Shown here in pieces: positions 10,199 through 21,132 of a DNA stretch of 64,000 nucleotides. Position 1 is the stretch's first letter; each line of letters starts with the position of its first letter. This DNA comes from Microcoleus sp. (GTDB lineage Bacteria > Cyanobacteriota > Cyanobacteriia > Cyanobacteriales > Microcoleaceae). The stretch lies in NCBI GenBank assembly GCA_042408215.1, contig JAYFMW010000028.1, positions 224,001-288,000 of the forward strand, read 5' to 3'. Below the pieces are notes generated by a model, which saw only the letters and a list, made by a program, of their open reading frames with translations, was not told where the DNA came from and did not search any database. Position numbers and translations under genes: made by a program.

Positions 10199-11869
10199 GT
10201 GATCGATCGCGTTAACCACGACTTCTTGAAGCTGCTACCCCCGGATGCCAAAGTCATTGTCGAAATTGGCTGCGGTACGGGCTCTACAGGGGCGCAGTAC
10301 AAGCCGATCAATCCCCACTGTCAATATATTGGCATTGAATGCGATCGAGAAAAAGCCAAAATTGCAGCCGATCGGCTAAACTGGGTGGCGATCGCCAATA
10401 TTGAAGAAACAGACATCGCAAGTCTCGACATCGCCCCAGAAACAGTCGATTGTTTGGTTTTTGGCGATTTGTTACCTTACCTCAAAAATCCTTGGGATAT
10501 CCTCAAACAGTATAGTGCTTTGCTGCATCCAGAAGGGCAAATTTTCGCCAGAATTCCCAATGTTCAATACTGGCGGCTCATTGTCAATCTGCTGCGGGGG
10601 CACTGGGAAAATCCCGACAACAAAATGCAGCACTGGTTTACCCTAGAAAGTATTAAATCACTGTTTGCTCAAGCCGGATTGCAGGTTTACGAATTGCAAG
10701 GGAAGGGACAGAAAACCGAAAATTTTGCCCACTTCCAGCAATTGCTGCATCCAATGGTAAAAGCCTTAGAGCTAGAATCGAGTAGTTTTGCTACGGAAAC
10801 TGGTGCTGAATATTATATTGTGCGATCGACCAAAACGCCCGTACAACCCCGCAGATTGCTGATTCAAACTATGATTATGGCTCCTACAGGGTGCGATCGC
10901 CTGCGAGTTTTGGAACCGGACAAATTTAGCGCCACAATTCCCGGTGTCCGCACCGTATCTGCGGTAAAAACAACAGAATTAATTCCCCCACTTCCCGCCG
11001 AAGAAAAGGTCTTCATTTGGCAGCGGACAATTATGCAGTATCCTGCCTATATTCCCAGACTTAAACAACTTTTACAACAAGGCTATTTAATAGTAGCTGA
11101 AATTGACGACAATCCCATCCGTCGCCGGGAATACGCAGACAACAATTACCTCAGTTATCGTGGCTGTCACTGCGTTCAAACTTCTACAGAACCCCTCGCC
11201 AAAATTTTGCGGCAGTACAATCCCAATGTTGCCGTATTTCCTAATCAATTAGCTTATTTGCCTCCACCACGAACTTATTCAGAAGATACAGTCACGATCT
11301 TTTTTGGGGCCCTCAATCGCGAAAAAGATTGGCAGCCAATTATGGCGGCGCTCAATCGAGTTTTAGTCGCTCACAAACACCGCATTAGAGTTAAAGTGAT
11401 TCACGATCGGCGATTCTTTGAATCCTTGAAAATAGAGCAAAAAGAATTTGAACCATTCTGCTCTTACGAAGGGTATCAAGAAATTATGTACAGTTGCGAT
11501 ATCGCTCTCTTACCGCTTGTTTCTAACCCGATTAATGAAATGAAATCTGACTTAAAATTTATTGAATGTGCGGCGCGGGGAGTAGCGGTTTTGGCAAGTC
11601 CCACGGTGTACGAAAACTCGATTGTTGAAGGTGAAACCGGGTTGATTTATCGCTCTGAAAAAGAGTTTGAAATTAAGCTGAATTTGCTGATTTCTGATGC
11701 TCAAACGCGCCGGATAATAGCTGGGAATGCTTACGAATGGGTACGCGACAACCGCTTGCTGTGCGCGCATTACCGACAGCGCCGAGACTGGTATCTACAA
11801 ATGCGCGACGAGTTGCCGCGTCTAAATGCTGAGTTGCGCGATCGGCTACCAGAGTTATTTAGTGACTAA
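10199..11869 (+). CDS. SAM-dependent methyltransferase fused to GT4-like glycosyltransferase
   Basis: VEIGCGTG SAM motif; C-terminal DIALLPL...MKSDLKFIECAARG. Confidence 0.8.
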   Translation: MIDRVNHDFLKLLPPDAKVIVEIGCGTGSTGAQYKPINPHCQYIGIECDREKAKIAADRLNWVAIANIEETDIASLDIAPETVDCLVFGDLLPYLKNPWDILKQYSALLHPEGQIFARIPNVQYWRLIVNLLRGHWENPDNKMQHWFTLESIKSLFAQAGLQVYELQGKGQKTENFAHFQQLLHPMVKALELESSSFATETGAEYYIVRSTKTPVQPRRLLIQTMIMAPTGCDRLRVLEPDKFSATIPGVRTVSAVKTTELIPPLPAEEKVFIWQRTIMQYPAYIPRLKQLLQQGYLIVAEIDDNPIRRREYADNNYLSYRGCHCVQTSTEPLAKILRQYNPNVAVFPNQLAYLPPPRTYSEDTVTIFFGALNREKDWQPIMAALNRVLVAHKHRIRVKVIHDRRFFESLKIEQKEFEPFCSYEGYQEIMYSCDIALLPLVSNPINEMKSDLKFIECAARGVAVLASPTVYENSIVEGETGLIYRSEKEFEIKLNLLISDAQTRRIIAGNAYEWVRDNRLLCAHYRQRRDWYLQMRDELPRLNAELRDRLPELFSD

Positions 11870-11944
11870 ATGCGGTAAGATTTATAGGGGTTATTGTGCG
11901 ATCGTTCTGTTTTATTGTTTAATTTTTAATTGTTAATCCACACA

Positions 11945-12814
11945 ATGCGAATTCTATTCACTATTGCCCACTTTTACAATGCCAGCGGCGACGGAAAACA
12001 CGCTTCCCAGCGAAATGATCCGCAACCGCGACTCAATGCTTTAACCGCTTGCGTGACATCGCTGCAAGCTTTGTACGGCAAGTCTCAGTGCATGATTGAC
12101 ATTAGCGAATGTGCAACTATCCCCGCAAATCAAGCTCAAAGTCACGAAATTGATATTGTTATTTGCACTACTCAAGGCTATCATCTGTTGCCTCAACTGC
12201 CACTACAGCCGAAATCTTTTATGCACCATGCTACGAAATGCGAACCGCTGCTGTTGGGGTTTGAGTGTCAGGCAGTTTTACGAGCTTGCCTTGACAAATA
12301 TGATTATTTCTGTTACTTGGAAGATGATTTGATTTTGCATGATTCGTGGTTTTTTAATAAGTTAAACTGGTTTAACCATCACGGGGGAAATGGCAATTTG
12401 TTGCAACCAAACCGTTATGAAGTATCGCCTCAAGGGCCTGTTTTTAAAGCATATATCGATGGCGATTTAGCACCGTATGCGACTGCAAAATTTCAAAATG
12501 TGGAGGAACAGCGGCAGTTATTGGGCAAAATCATGGAACAAAAAATCGCATTTGAGCGGACTTTAAATCCTCATTCTGGCTGCTATTTTTTGAATGCGGA
12601 ACAGATGAAACACTGGGCTAAGCAGTCTCATTTTTTGGATAGGGATACTAGCTTTATTGGCCCGCTGGAAAGTGCGGCCACTTTAGGAATTATGCGGACT
12701 TTTAGAGTTTACAAGCCAGTTTCTGCTTATGCTAATTTTTTGGATATTCAACACTTTGGAGCGAGTTTTCTCAAGTTGATTGGTAATAAGGTGAGGCTGT
12801 CGGAAGCAGGATGA
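11945..12814 (+). CDS. Conserved hypothetical protein, possibly glycosyltransferase-like (YLEDDL)
   Basis: Long ORF following the GT gene; DxD-like acidic motif. ATG at 11945 preferred. Confidence 0.6.
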   Translation: MRILFTIAHFYNASGDGKHASQRNDPQPRLNALTACVTSLQALYGKSQCMIDISECATIPANQAQSHEIDIVICTTQGYHLLPQLPLQPKSFMHHATKCEPLLLGFECQAVLRACLDKYDYFCYLEDDLILHDSWFFNKLNWFNHHGGNGNLLQPNRYEVSPQGPVFKAYIDGDLAPYATAKFQNVEEQRQLLGKIMEQKIAFERTLNPHSGCYFLNAEQMKHWAKQSHFLDRDTSFIGPLESAATLGIMRTFRVYKPVSAYANFLDIQHFGASFLKLIGNKVRLSEAG

Positions 12815-12964
12815 GTTGCATTATCGGTAAGCCAAGTTAAAAAACAGAGTGATTTAACCGCAGAGGGCGCAGAGGGCGCAGAGTTAGAGTAGAGAGAGAT
12901 GAATAATTCGGATACCAAGGGATTTGATATTACGCAGGATTCACCGTCTTGATGTTGTTTTTGA

Positions 12965-13768
12965 TTAAGCTGTCAAAATATCGCCGATTCTCACATTGCC
13001 GCTGTTGATAATTTTGGCTAAAATTCCGGTTTGTGCGTGACCGAATTCTTGTTGCAGTAAACTGAGTAGGGCAATATCCCGATCGCCCGTTTCTGGATTC
13101 ACTTCTATATTGACACAGCGACCAATTCGTGCTGCAACTTCGATTCGGGCCGTACCTAATTGAAACTGTTTACCGATTAACTCAAATTCTGACCAAGCTT
13201 CCATACCTTCGAGCACAATATTCGGCCGAAATCGCCGCACATCAATGTTTTCGCCCGCCCTTTCTGTTAATTGGTCTAATGTTGCTTGACTGAGTAAAGA
13301 AATGTGTACGGGTTCTCTGTCGGGATAGCGAGTTTCGCCGCTGCTATTTCCTGCTAAATGCAAAGCTACTCGCTGCGGGTGTCTGGCTTCTTTTGTGGGT
13401 TCAATTGTCGCTAGATATTCGGTGAAAAAGCTGCTGATGCGATCGCGCCCCGCTGCTGTATTCGTTTCTGCTGTTAATGCTGCAACTCCTTGACGCTTAA
13501 CTGTTAAAAGGGCTGTTTCCGCTTCGTAATGGCACTCTAGGGCTGCTAACAGAGGCCAATCGTTTTGAACGGCAAAATGTTTTTTGCTCATCCAAGGCGC
13601 GTTTTCTGCGGGGTTTTTTGCTGCTTCAATACGATCGGCAAACATTAAGGCAAAAGCGCGATCGCCCTTAATTCCGTGTCCCATTGTTAAGGTAAACTCT
13701 GACATTTCTTGCGGTGTCAGCCCTTTAAATGGGTAAGTAAATAACTGTTTTACTGTTGCCGTTGTCAT
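12965..13768 (-). CDS. MOSC domain protein
   Basis: YPFKGL, GDRAFAL, RRFRPNIV, conserved RC and G.VRIGD. Confidence 0.9.
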   Translation of the reverse strand: MTTATVKQLFTYPFKGLTPQEMSEFTLTMGHGIKGDRAFALMFADRIEAAKNPAENAPWMSKKHFAVQNDWPLLAALECHYEAETALLTVKRQGVAALTAETNTAAGRDRISSFFTEYLATIEPTKEARHPQRVALHLAGNSSGETRYPDREPVHISLLSQATLDQLTERAGENIDVRRFRPNIVLEGMEAWSEFELIGKQFQLGTARIEVAARIGRCVNIEVNPETGDRDIALLSLLQQEFGHAQTGILAKIINSGNVRIGDILTA

Positions 13769-13785
13769 CTTTTTTTTAGCTGTTT

Positions 13786-14830
13786 CAATTTGAACTCAAC
13801 TCTTGTCCCCCCCCTTATTAAGGGGGGCTAGGGGGGATCTCCGGGTTGAAAAACACGCCCTGGGGATTCTGTTTTTTGAGGTGGACTTACTTAATCCAAT
13901 TTGAACTCAACTCTTGTCCCCCCCTTATTAAGGGGGGCTAGGGGGGATCTCCGGGTTGAAAAACACGCCCTGGGGATTCTGTTTTTTGAGGTGGACTTAC
14001 TTAATCCAATTTGAACTCAACTCTTGTCCCCCCCTTATTAAGGGGGGCTAGGGGGGATCTCCGGGTTGAAAAACACGCCCTGGGGATTCTGTTTTTTGAG
14101 GTGGACTTACTTAATCCAATTTGAACTCAACTCTTGTCCCCCCCTTATTAAGGGGGGCTAGGGGGGATCTCCGGGTTGAAAAACACGCCCTGGGTATTCT
14201 GTTTTTTGAGGTGGACTTACTTAATCCAATTTGAACTCAACTCTTGTCCCCCCCTTATTAAGGGGGGCTAGGGGGGATCTCCGGGTTGAAAAACACGCCC
14301 TGGGTATTCTGTTTTTTGAGGTGGACTTACTTAATCCAATTTGAACTCAACTCTTGTCCCCCCCTTATTAAGGGGGGCTAGGGGGGATCTCCGGGTTGAA
14401 AAACACGCCCTGGGTATTCTGTTTTTTGAGGTGGACTTACTTAATCCAATTTGAACTCAACTCTTGTCCCCCCCTTATTAAGGGGGGCTAGGGGGGATCT
14501 CCGGGTTGAAAAACACGCCCTGGGGATTCTGTTTTTTGAGGTGGACTTACTTAATCCAATTTGAACTCAACTCTTGTCCCCCCCTTATTAAGGGGGGCTA
14601 GGGGGGATCTCCGGGTTGAAAAACACGCCCTGGGTATTCTGTTTTTTGAGGTGGACTTACTTAATCCAATTTGAACTCAACTCTTGTCCCCCCCTTATTA
14701 AGGGGGGCTAGGGGGGATCTCCGGGTTGAAAAACACGCCCTGGGGATTCTGTTTTTTGAGGTGGACTTACTTAATCCAATTTGAACTCAACTCTTGTCCC
14801 ACCCTTATTAAGGGGGGCTAGGGGGTATCG
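13786..14830. repeat. Tandem array of a 110-bp unit (9 full copies + partial) built on a CCCCCCTTATTAAGGGGGGCTAGGGGGGATC REP-like palindrome
   Basis: CCCTTATTAAGGGG recurs every 110 bp from ~13811 to ~14801. Units are nearly identical, with one recurring G/T variant. Confidence 0.97.
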
Positions 14831-14873
14831 AATATCTGTCACAAACATTAATATAATTGCTATAAAAAGCGGA

Positions 14874-15191
14874 TTACGCCAGCAATTGATAGCGACGAAT
14901 ATCTGGCGGTGCAACCGCTAAACCTTCTAATTTTAGCACGGCGGCTTGAATGTGATTTGAAGCTAGATGTAGTTCCAGCAAAGCGGCACTTTCCCACTCT
15001 TCAACAAAGGTAAAATCGGTGGGATCGGCTTGATTTTGCAGGAGTTCGTATTTGATACAGCCTGCTTCTCGGCGAGTTGGCTCGATAATGCTCAGCAGAA
15101 GAGATTTAAGTTCTTCTACTTTGTCGGGAAAGGCGACGAGGCGTGCGACTACTCGCAAGGTTGCTTGGGACATAGGAGAAATGCCACTCAC
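14874..15191 (-). CDS. Antibiotic biosynthesis monooxygenase (ABM) / putative quinol monooxygenase
   Basis: PTRREAGCIKYELLQ...FTFVEEWES...HL motif. Confidence 0.85.
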   Translation of the reverse strand: MSGISPMSQATLRVVARLVAFPDKVEELKSLLLSIIEPTRREAGCIKYELLQNQADPTDFTFVEEWESAALLELHLASNHIQAAVLKLEGLAVAPPDIRRYQLLA

Positions 15192-15292
15192 TCAAAAAAT
15201 TACGATTTTACTCACAATAACCCAAAAATGTCGATCGGTCAATCGATTTGAGATTTGAGATTTGAGATTTGAGATTTAGGCGCTTTGGCCTC

Positions 15293-15410
15293 AGAAACCG
15301 GGTTTCTTGCTAGATTTTTCGTTGCAAACGCTAGATGCTCGTAGAAACCCGGTTTCTTGCTAGATTTTTAGTGGCCCAACCCTAGATGCTCGTAGAAACC
15401 CGGTTTCTTG
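15293..15410. repeat. REP-like palindrome AGAAACC(C/G)GGTTTCT, 3 copies; related pair at ~43118-43183
   Basis: Palindromic core repeated with conserved CTAGATGCTCGT spacers. Confidence 0.8.
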
Positions 15411-15430
15411 CTATATGATACCTTCGGCTC

Positions 15431-16108
15431 TCAATCTTTGGGATAAAATCGCTTGTTTTCTGTAGCATATTCCCAGGCGATCGCCTCCGGGTCTTTTTCG
15501 CGACTCCACTCGGCAAACTCCGGCTTAACTTTCCACTTACCAATAGTGCTAGCGTGAACCTTGAATCTACGAGATAGTTCCGTCTGCGTAAAAGAAATTT
15601 TCGGATTTTCAGCGACTTTTTTTGGGGCTATAGGAAATAATTCTGGACTTTTATCTGGTGTTTTTTCCCTGGTTATTTCTGGCTCTTTAACAGCTATTTT
15701 CTCCGCAGGTGTTTCGTTTTGGTTGACAGTTGGAGTCACTTGAAAATAATACAAGATTCCGCCTTGCTCAGTCACTTCAAAATCCGCTGCAAACTCAGAG
15801 GCTCGTTTGTCCAGATACTCTTGAACTTTTGAACCGGGGAGTTTCGCATTCATGGCTAAATCCAAAGCCGTCACTCGTCCTTTATTTTCCTTAATTAATC
15901 GGTAGAAAACCGAGTCTAAATGAGCGAGTTGATTTTTTTGCTGCTGCTGGTAGAGTTTGTAAACCCAGCCCAGGCCCGCCGCTGCTGCGATCGCCCAAAA
16001 CATCCTTCCCGACTCAAAACTGGCAACCGCCGTCAAGGAAATAGGCAAAAGTAGGGTAAGATATCCCCAAATGCTGCCTTTCTGTAGGTTATTGCTATTT
16101 TTGACCAT
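15431..16108 (-). CDS. Hypothetical membrane-anchored protein with C-terminal HTH-like segment
   Basis: Two hydrophobic N-terminal segments and TQTELSRRFKVHASTIGKWK. ATG at 16108 avoids overlap with the divergent gene. Confidence 0.65.
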   Translation of the reverse strand: MVKNSNNLQKGSIWGYLTLLLPISLTAVASFESGRMFWAIAAAAGLGWVYKLYQQQQKNQLAHLDSVFYRLIKENKGRVTALDLAMNAKLPGSKVQEYLDKRASEFAADFEVTEQGGILYYFQVTPTVNQNETPAEKIAVKEPEITREKTPDKSPELFPIAPKKVAENPKISFTQTELSRRFKVHASTIGKWKVKPEFAEWSREKDPEAIAWEYATENKRFYPKD

Positions 16109-16138
16109 AGTTCCTAAATAGGGACGTAGTGAGGATTC

Positions 16139-16621
16139 ATGTACTTTTTTCGCAAACAAATTGCTATCGTTATCATATTTTTTGCTGGTTGTCTGCTGAC
16201 AGTAAGTTGCGCCGATAGCCCAGTTGTCCAGTGTACTAAATTTACTGAAATTGTTACCAGAGGGAATGCTCTCATTGATACTCAGAAAAATAACAATGAT
16301 GTTGGAACTACAAAAAACTTAGCTAAAAACTTAAACCAGACAGCGCAACAATTGGAGTCTCTGCGACTCACAGATACAAACCTCAAACAAATTCAGATTC
16401 AGTCGGTTAAATCATTCCGGGAGATTGGTCAAGCATTGGGCGATATAGGCAAAGCTCTTGAAGCTGGAAATCTGGCTTCTACAAGTATAGAAGGTCGAGA
16501 GCAAATCCAAAAAGCTCAGACTGATATTGTCAAAGCTGGACAGCAGGCTAATCAAGCCGCTGAAAATCAAGATGCTTTGACTGACAAGCTGATTAATTAC
16601 TGCAAGAGCGATCGATCTTAG
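16139..16621 (+). CDS. Hypothetical lipoprotein
   Basis: Signal peptide with lipobox-like LTVSC; helical body. Confidence 0.65.
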   Translation: MYFFRKQIAIVIIFFAGCLLTVSCADSPVVQCTKFTEIVTRGNALIDTQKNNNDVGTTKNLAKNLNQTAQQLESLRLTDTNLKQIQIQSVKSFREIGQALGDIGKALEAGNLASTSIEGREQIQKAQTDIVKAGQQANQAAENQDALTDKLINYCKSDRS

Positions 16622-16636
16622 GAAAACCAGAGTATT

Positions 16637-16667
16637 CGCTCATCCCCCTTTTTAATGGGGATGAGCG
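16637..16667. terminator. Hairpin between convergent genes (likely terminator)
   Basis: CGCTCATCCCC...GGGGATGAGCG, 11-bp perfect stem. Confidence 0.6.
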
Positions 16668-16752
16668 GGGGATTGAGACTCAACTGCAAGCTAGATTTAT
16701 CTGGAAATCAACGCGATTTTTGATACCAATGCTCAATGCCCAATGCCCAAAT

Positions 16753-17247
16753 TTAATGATGAATTTCTAAATTCAAAATATAGCAACCGAGTTGCACTTT
16801 TTCCGACCACAGCTCATATTCTAACCGCAGGTGTCCTGGTTCTGGCTGTCCTGTCAGCGTTAATTGGCGGGTGAAATTGCGGAGTCGCAATTGTGCAGGA
16901 GTCGCCAGTGAATCGCCCTGAAGCCAATAACGACTCAGACCGTACATTCCTCGCTCCCATCCGTGGCGGTAACTGTATTTGCCGTTTCCTTGCATGGTCA
17001 TCACTACTCTATATGGCGAAACTTCTAGCCACAATAACCTGGGTTTTGTAACAGTTGGCAAGATGGCCACTTGCTCGTCAGATTCCTCGGGAAATTCGCG
17101 CTCTAAAATTGCTGGTTCGTGCAATAGCAAGTGAAAGCGATCGCGGTCTTTTTGATACAGTGTACCAGCGGTTTCAACCACTGACCACATGGGTAAATCT
17201 GTGGATACCAGCGATAGACTTACAGGCTTGCGGTGATGCGTTAGCAT
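16753..17247 (-). CDS. Conserved cyanobacterial hypothetical protein
   Basis: Start MLTHHRKPV at 17247 preferred because the upstream extension is STRR-derived (SQISNLKSQI). Confidence 0.65.
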   Translation of the reverse strand: MLTHHRKPVSLSLVSTDLPMWSVVETAGTLYQKDRDRFHLLLHEPAILEREFPEESDEQVAILPTVTKPRLLWLEVSPYRVVMTMQGNGKYSYRHGWERGMYGLSRYWLQGDSLATPAQLRLRNFTRQLTLTGQPEPGHLRLEYELWSEKVQLGCYILNLEIHH

Positions 17248-17469
17248 AAGAAAAAATTTATGATTGGTCCGGTGATTTGAAATTTGAGATTTGAGATTTG
17301 AGATTTGAGATGGGCTGGCTTCCCAATTCAGGAACTTTTGCCTCAAAAATGAAAAATCTATAATCGGCGATCGAACATCTTCAATTGTTCGATCGTCAGT
17401 CAACACTCAAAAACTTGCGAACAACTGACAGCAGCATATATAACTTACCCAGATACAGGGATAACATTT

Positions 17470-18808
17470 TTGACATTCTCACCGGGCTGAAGCCACGGTG
17501 ATTCTAAACATCACTGTTTAGGCTTCCTCTTTCGGCGATCCGACTTATTTAAAAGAGTTTCCTCATTCAAACTCTTGTTGATATCTCCAGAGGCGTTTGA
17601 GGTTTCCGTGTGCCCCACGGTACGCAATCCAAGTTCTAATATGTTGCGAGCGGCGTTCCAATCTCGGTCTAAAACGAATCCACAATGTGGACAAATATGT
17701 GTTCTTTGACTTAATGACTTTTTCGCCACTTTCCCACAACTAGAACAATTTTGACTTGTATAGTGTGGCGGTACTGCAACAGTTGCCACCCCAAACACTT
17801 TGCCAAAATATTCAATCCAATTTCTAAAAGCTGTCCAAGCCGCATCTGATATCGACTTGGATAGCTTTTTGTTTTTGACCATGTTACGCACCTGCAAGTC
17901 TTCATAGGCTACCAAGTCGTTAGACTGGACTACGCACCTTGCTAATTTCACAGCAAAGTCTTTACGCCGCCTGCTTACCTTGAGGTGTTTTCTACTTAAA
18001 CGATTTCGAGCCTTAGCTCTATTTTTAGAACCTTTCTGCGTTCGAGAAAGTCTACAATTAAGCTTTTTTAACGATCTTTCGGACTTTCTTAGATGGCGCG
18101 GGTTCTCTACGGTATTACCGTCAGAGTCTGTGTAGAAATGAGTTAGCCCTACATCCAAACCGATTGTTTTTCCGGTCTGCTCCCGCTTTTCGTTTCGTTC
18201 AGCGTCAATACAAAATTGCACGTAGTAGCCATCGGCTCGACGAACTACGCGCACTCGTTTAACTTGACTTAGCTGATAGAAATGTAGGTCACGAGTTCCC
18301 CATAATTTAAAAATTCCGGCTTTAAATCCATCAGTGAAAGTTATATTTCGTCGGTCTTCAGAAAGCTTCCACCCACAGGTCTTGTATTCAACAGAACCGT
18401 GCGTTTCATGCTTTTTGAAGCGCGGAAAACCTTTCTTTCCTGGTTTTGCCTTCTTGCAGTTGTCAAAGAATCGTGCAATCGCTGACCAAGCTCTTTCAGC
18501 AGAAGCTTGCCTTGCCATTGAGTTGAGTTTACTGGCCCAAGGAAATTCTTTGGCAAGAACTACGCAATAAGCGCTTAAGTCGTAGCGACCTACCCCTGGG
18601 GTATCCATCCAGTACCTGATGCAGCTATTACGAATGAAGCGAGCAGTACGAATGGCTTCGTCTAGCCGTTCGTACTGCTCGCTTTTCCCTTCTAGCTTGG
18701 CTTCAAATACTAACATTTACGTCGAGTGAGTGAATATAAAGACTATAACAGAGTTCTGGAGAAATTAAAGCCGTCCTATAAGGACGGGGCTTTAGACCCA
18801 GCTTTTTG
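17470..18808 (-). mobile_element. IS200/IS605-family (IS1341-type, TnpB-only) insertion sequence
   Basis: Minus-strand left end TTAC|CAAAAAGCTGGGTCTAAAGCCCCGTCCTTATAGGACGGCTTT; right-end hairpin TCACCGTGGCTTCAGCCCGGTGA ending GTCAA. No tnpA. Confidence 0.85.
17511..18716 (-). CDS. tnpB: RNA-guided endonuclease TnpB
   Basis: RuvC GLDVG / YEDL / DRDWNAARN and Zn finger CSSC...CPHC, all intact. Confidence 0.95.
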   Translation of the reverse strand: MLVFEAKLEGKSEQYERLDEAIRTARFIRNSCIRYWMDTPGVGRYDLSAYCVVLAKEFPWASKLNSMARQASAERAWSAIARFFDNCKKAKPGKKGFPRFKKHETHGSVEYKTCGWKLSEDRRNITFTDGFKAGIFKLWGTRDLHFYQLSQVKRVRVVRRADGYYVQFCIDAERNEKREQTGKTIGLDVGLTHFYTDSDGNTVENPRHLRKSERSLKKLNCRLSRTQKGSKNRAKARNRLSRKHLKVSRRRKDFAVKLARCVVQSNDLVAYEDLQVRNMVKNKKLSKSISDAAWTAFRNWIEYFGKVFGVATVAVPPHYTSQNCSSCGKVAKKSLSQRTHICPHCGFVLDRDWNAARNILELGLRTVGHTETSNASGDINKSLNEETLLNKSDRRKRKPKQ

Positions 18809-19021
18809 GTAAATTTATAGTAAGATTATTGTGATTTCTATACATTTACGATCGATCTCTGGTACTGGTTACAACTGACAACTGACTGTCAGAGCCGGTT
18901 TAATTAGCCTTTGAGTTAACCGCAGACATTTTGAAAAAATCCGCCCCCATAACAAAAATAACTGACTTGGGACTGGGAAAACGGTAGGATAACTAACGCT
19001 GTCCCATCCCAGTTTATCTCA

Positions 19022-20377
19022 ATGCAAGCTGCCATCCTCACTACTACGCAAATCGGCGAAAGTCAAACTTTAACAATTCAAAAACCAGCCTCGGGTTTGT
19101 CCCTGACCGGGAGGATTCGCGTTCCCGGCGACAAGTCGATTTCTCACCGAGCTTTGATGTTAGGCGCGATCGCCAGCGGTGAAACCACCATTGAAGGACT
19201 GCTCTTGGGAGAAGACCCCCGCAGCACCGCTAAATGTTTCTCCCTGATGGGAGCCCAAATTTCCGAACTCAATGCCGAACGGGTCACAGTCCGAGGTGTC
19301 GGAATTGGCCAGTTAGAGGAGCCTATCGAAGTCTTGGACGCGGGTAATTCCGGCACAACGATGCGGCTGATGTTGGGGATTTTAGCCTCTCATCCGGGGC
19401 GTTTTTTTGCGGTAACGGGGGACAGTTCCCTGCGATCGCGCCCCATGTCCCGCGTCATTAAACCCCTGCAACAAATGGGAGCGCAAATTTGGGGGCGGCG
19501 GGCTAATTCTTTAGCTCCTTTAGCCGTACTTGGACAGCAGTTAAAAGGGATTCACTACCATTCTCCGATCGCCTCAGCTCAAGTTAAATCTTGCATTCTG
19601 CTGGCCGGCTTGATGGCCCAGGGAGAAACTACAGTTACAGAACCCGCTCTGTCGCGGGATCACAGCGAACGGATGCTGCGAGCCTTTGGAGCCCAATTGA
19701 CCGTCGATCCCTACACTCGCAGCGTCACAGTTACCGGCCCGGCCCAACTGCAAGGGCAGAATGTCATCGTACCAGGAGATATCAGTTCCGCAGCGTTTTG
19801 GTTAGTTGCTGCTGCGATCGTCCCCGGTTCGGAGTTAGTAGTGGAAAACGTCGGTGTCAACCCAACTCGTACAGGCATTTTGGCAGCTTTGGAAATGATG
19901 GGCGCCGACATTCAACTACAAAATCAGCGACTGGCTGCTGGGGAACCAGTCGCCGATATTTTAGTCAGGAATTCCTCCCAGTTGCGGGGATGCACCATTG
20001 CTGGCGACTTAATTCCCCGACTGATTGACGAAATCCCGATTTTGGCAGTAGCTGCGACATTCGCGTCCGGTACTACCATAATTCGAGATGCGGCTGAGTT
20101 ACGAGTCAAAGAGAGCGATCGGCTAGCTGTAACTGCTGCGGAACTCAACCGCATGGGAGCCCAAATTACCGAGTTACCCGACGGTTTGGAAATTACCGGG
20201 GGAACTCCTTTAACCGGCACTGATGTTGACAGCTACACTGACCACAGAATAGCTATGAGTTTAGCGATCGCAGCCCTCAATGCGATCGGCACAACCACCA
20301 TTCACCGCGCCGAAGCCGCTGCCATTTCCTACCCCGACTTTACCGCCACTTTGCAACAAGTTTGTCATCAAAATTAA
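19022..20377 (+). CDS. aroA: 3-phosphoshikimate 1-carboxyvinyltransferase
   Basis: [42 protein letters not shown]. Confidence 0.97.
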   Translation: MQAAILTTTQIGESQTLTIQKPASGLSLTGRIRVPGDKSISHRALMLGAIASGETTIEGLLLGEDPRSTAKCFSLMGAQISELNAERVTVRGVGIGQLEEPIEVLDAGNSGTTMRLMLGILASHPGRFFAVTGDSSLRSRPMSRVIKPLQQMGAQIWGRRANSLAPLAVLGQQLKGIHYHSPIASAQVKSCILLAGLMAQGETTVTEPALSRDHSERMLRAFGAQLTVDPYTRSVTVTGPAQLQGQNVIVPGDISSAAFWLVAAAIVPGSELVVENVGVNPTRTGILAALEMMGADIQLQNQRLAAGEPVADILVRNSSQLRGCTIAGDLIPRLIDEIPILAVAATFASGTTIIRDAAELRVKESDRLAVTAAELNRMGAQITELPDGLEITGGTPLTGTDVDSYTDHRIAMSLAIAALNAIGTTTIHRAEAAAISYPDFTATLQQVCHQN

Positions 20378-20489
20378 GAGACAGAGAGGGCCTTGGGCCT
20401 TGGGCCTTGGGCCTTGGGCCTTGGTAGAAAATAACTAATGACTACTGACCACTGACTAATGACTAATGACCAATGACTAATGACTTCTT

Positions 20490-20936
20490 CTAAGAATCTT
20501 TGCCCACAACTTGTTCTTTTAAAGATTCAATTTCCGCCAATAACTCTTGGCGATTAGAAGCTTTCAGCATATAACGGTAAACAAACCAGCCAGTATATCC
20601 AATGCCGATCAACTCAAAAATTGGGGCTGCCAAAGGTACATCGTTAAGGGCATCGAGCACCCCTAGCGTCACCTTAATAGTAATGCCGCCAGCCAGGATT
20701 AAACCAACAGTTACGATCGGCTTTTGATATTCTGCAAAAAAATTCGATACATAGGTCGGCAGTTCCGACAGAATTGTCACAACTTGGTCTTTAATATCTT
20801 GGAACTGGTCTGTCGGTGTCTCTGTGGTTGTCACTGTAGTTATCACCCCCGGTTTGTCAGTCACCATGTCTATTTTGGTGATTTCAGTTATTGTTTCGTC
20901 AGAAAAGTTAGCCTGTGTCATTTGATCCTTCCTCAC
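20490..20936 (-). CDS. curT: CAAD-domain (CURT1/CurT-like) thylakoid membrane protein
   Basis: LDALNDVPLAAPIFELIGIGYTGWFVYRY...RQEL CAAD signature. Confidence 0.8.
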   Translation of the reverse strand: MRKDQMTQANFSDETITEITKIDMVTDKPGVITTVTTTETPTDQFQDIKDQVVTILSELPTYVSNFFAEYQKPIVTVGLILAGGITIKVTLGVLDALNDVPLAAPIFELIGIGYTGWFVYRYMLKASNRQELLAEIESLKEQVVGKDS

Positions 20937-21132
20937 TCTTAATAGTTTTGATTTTTCAGTTTTGAGTGCCTGAGTTTTGAGTTTAAATCCCCATCGCTAC
21001 AGCTAGGGTATTGAATATGATAGACAGTCTGGGAATTGCTCACCGTCTAATTCTCCCGAAATTAGCAGACACTCCACACTTCCCGGACTAATTTAGCAGA
21101 CTAAAGCAGATCTGCACAAATTGTCACCCAAA

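Noticed and set aside
13786..14830. Possible CRISPR array
   Set aside because: The segments between palindromes are identical rather than unique spacers, the period is 110 bp, and no cas genes are present in the window.
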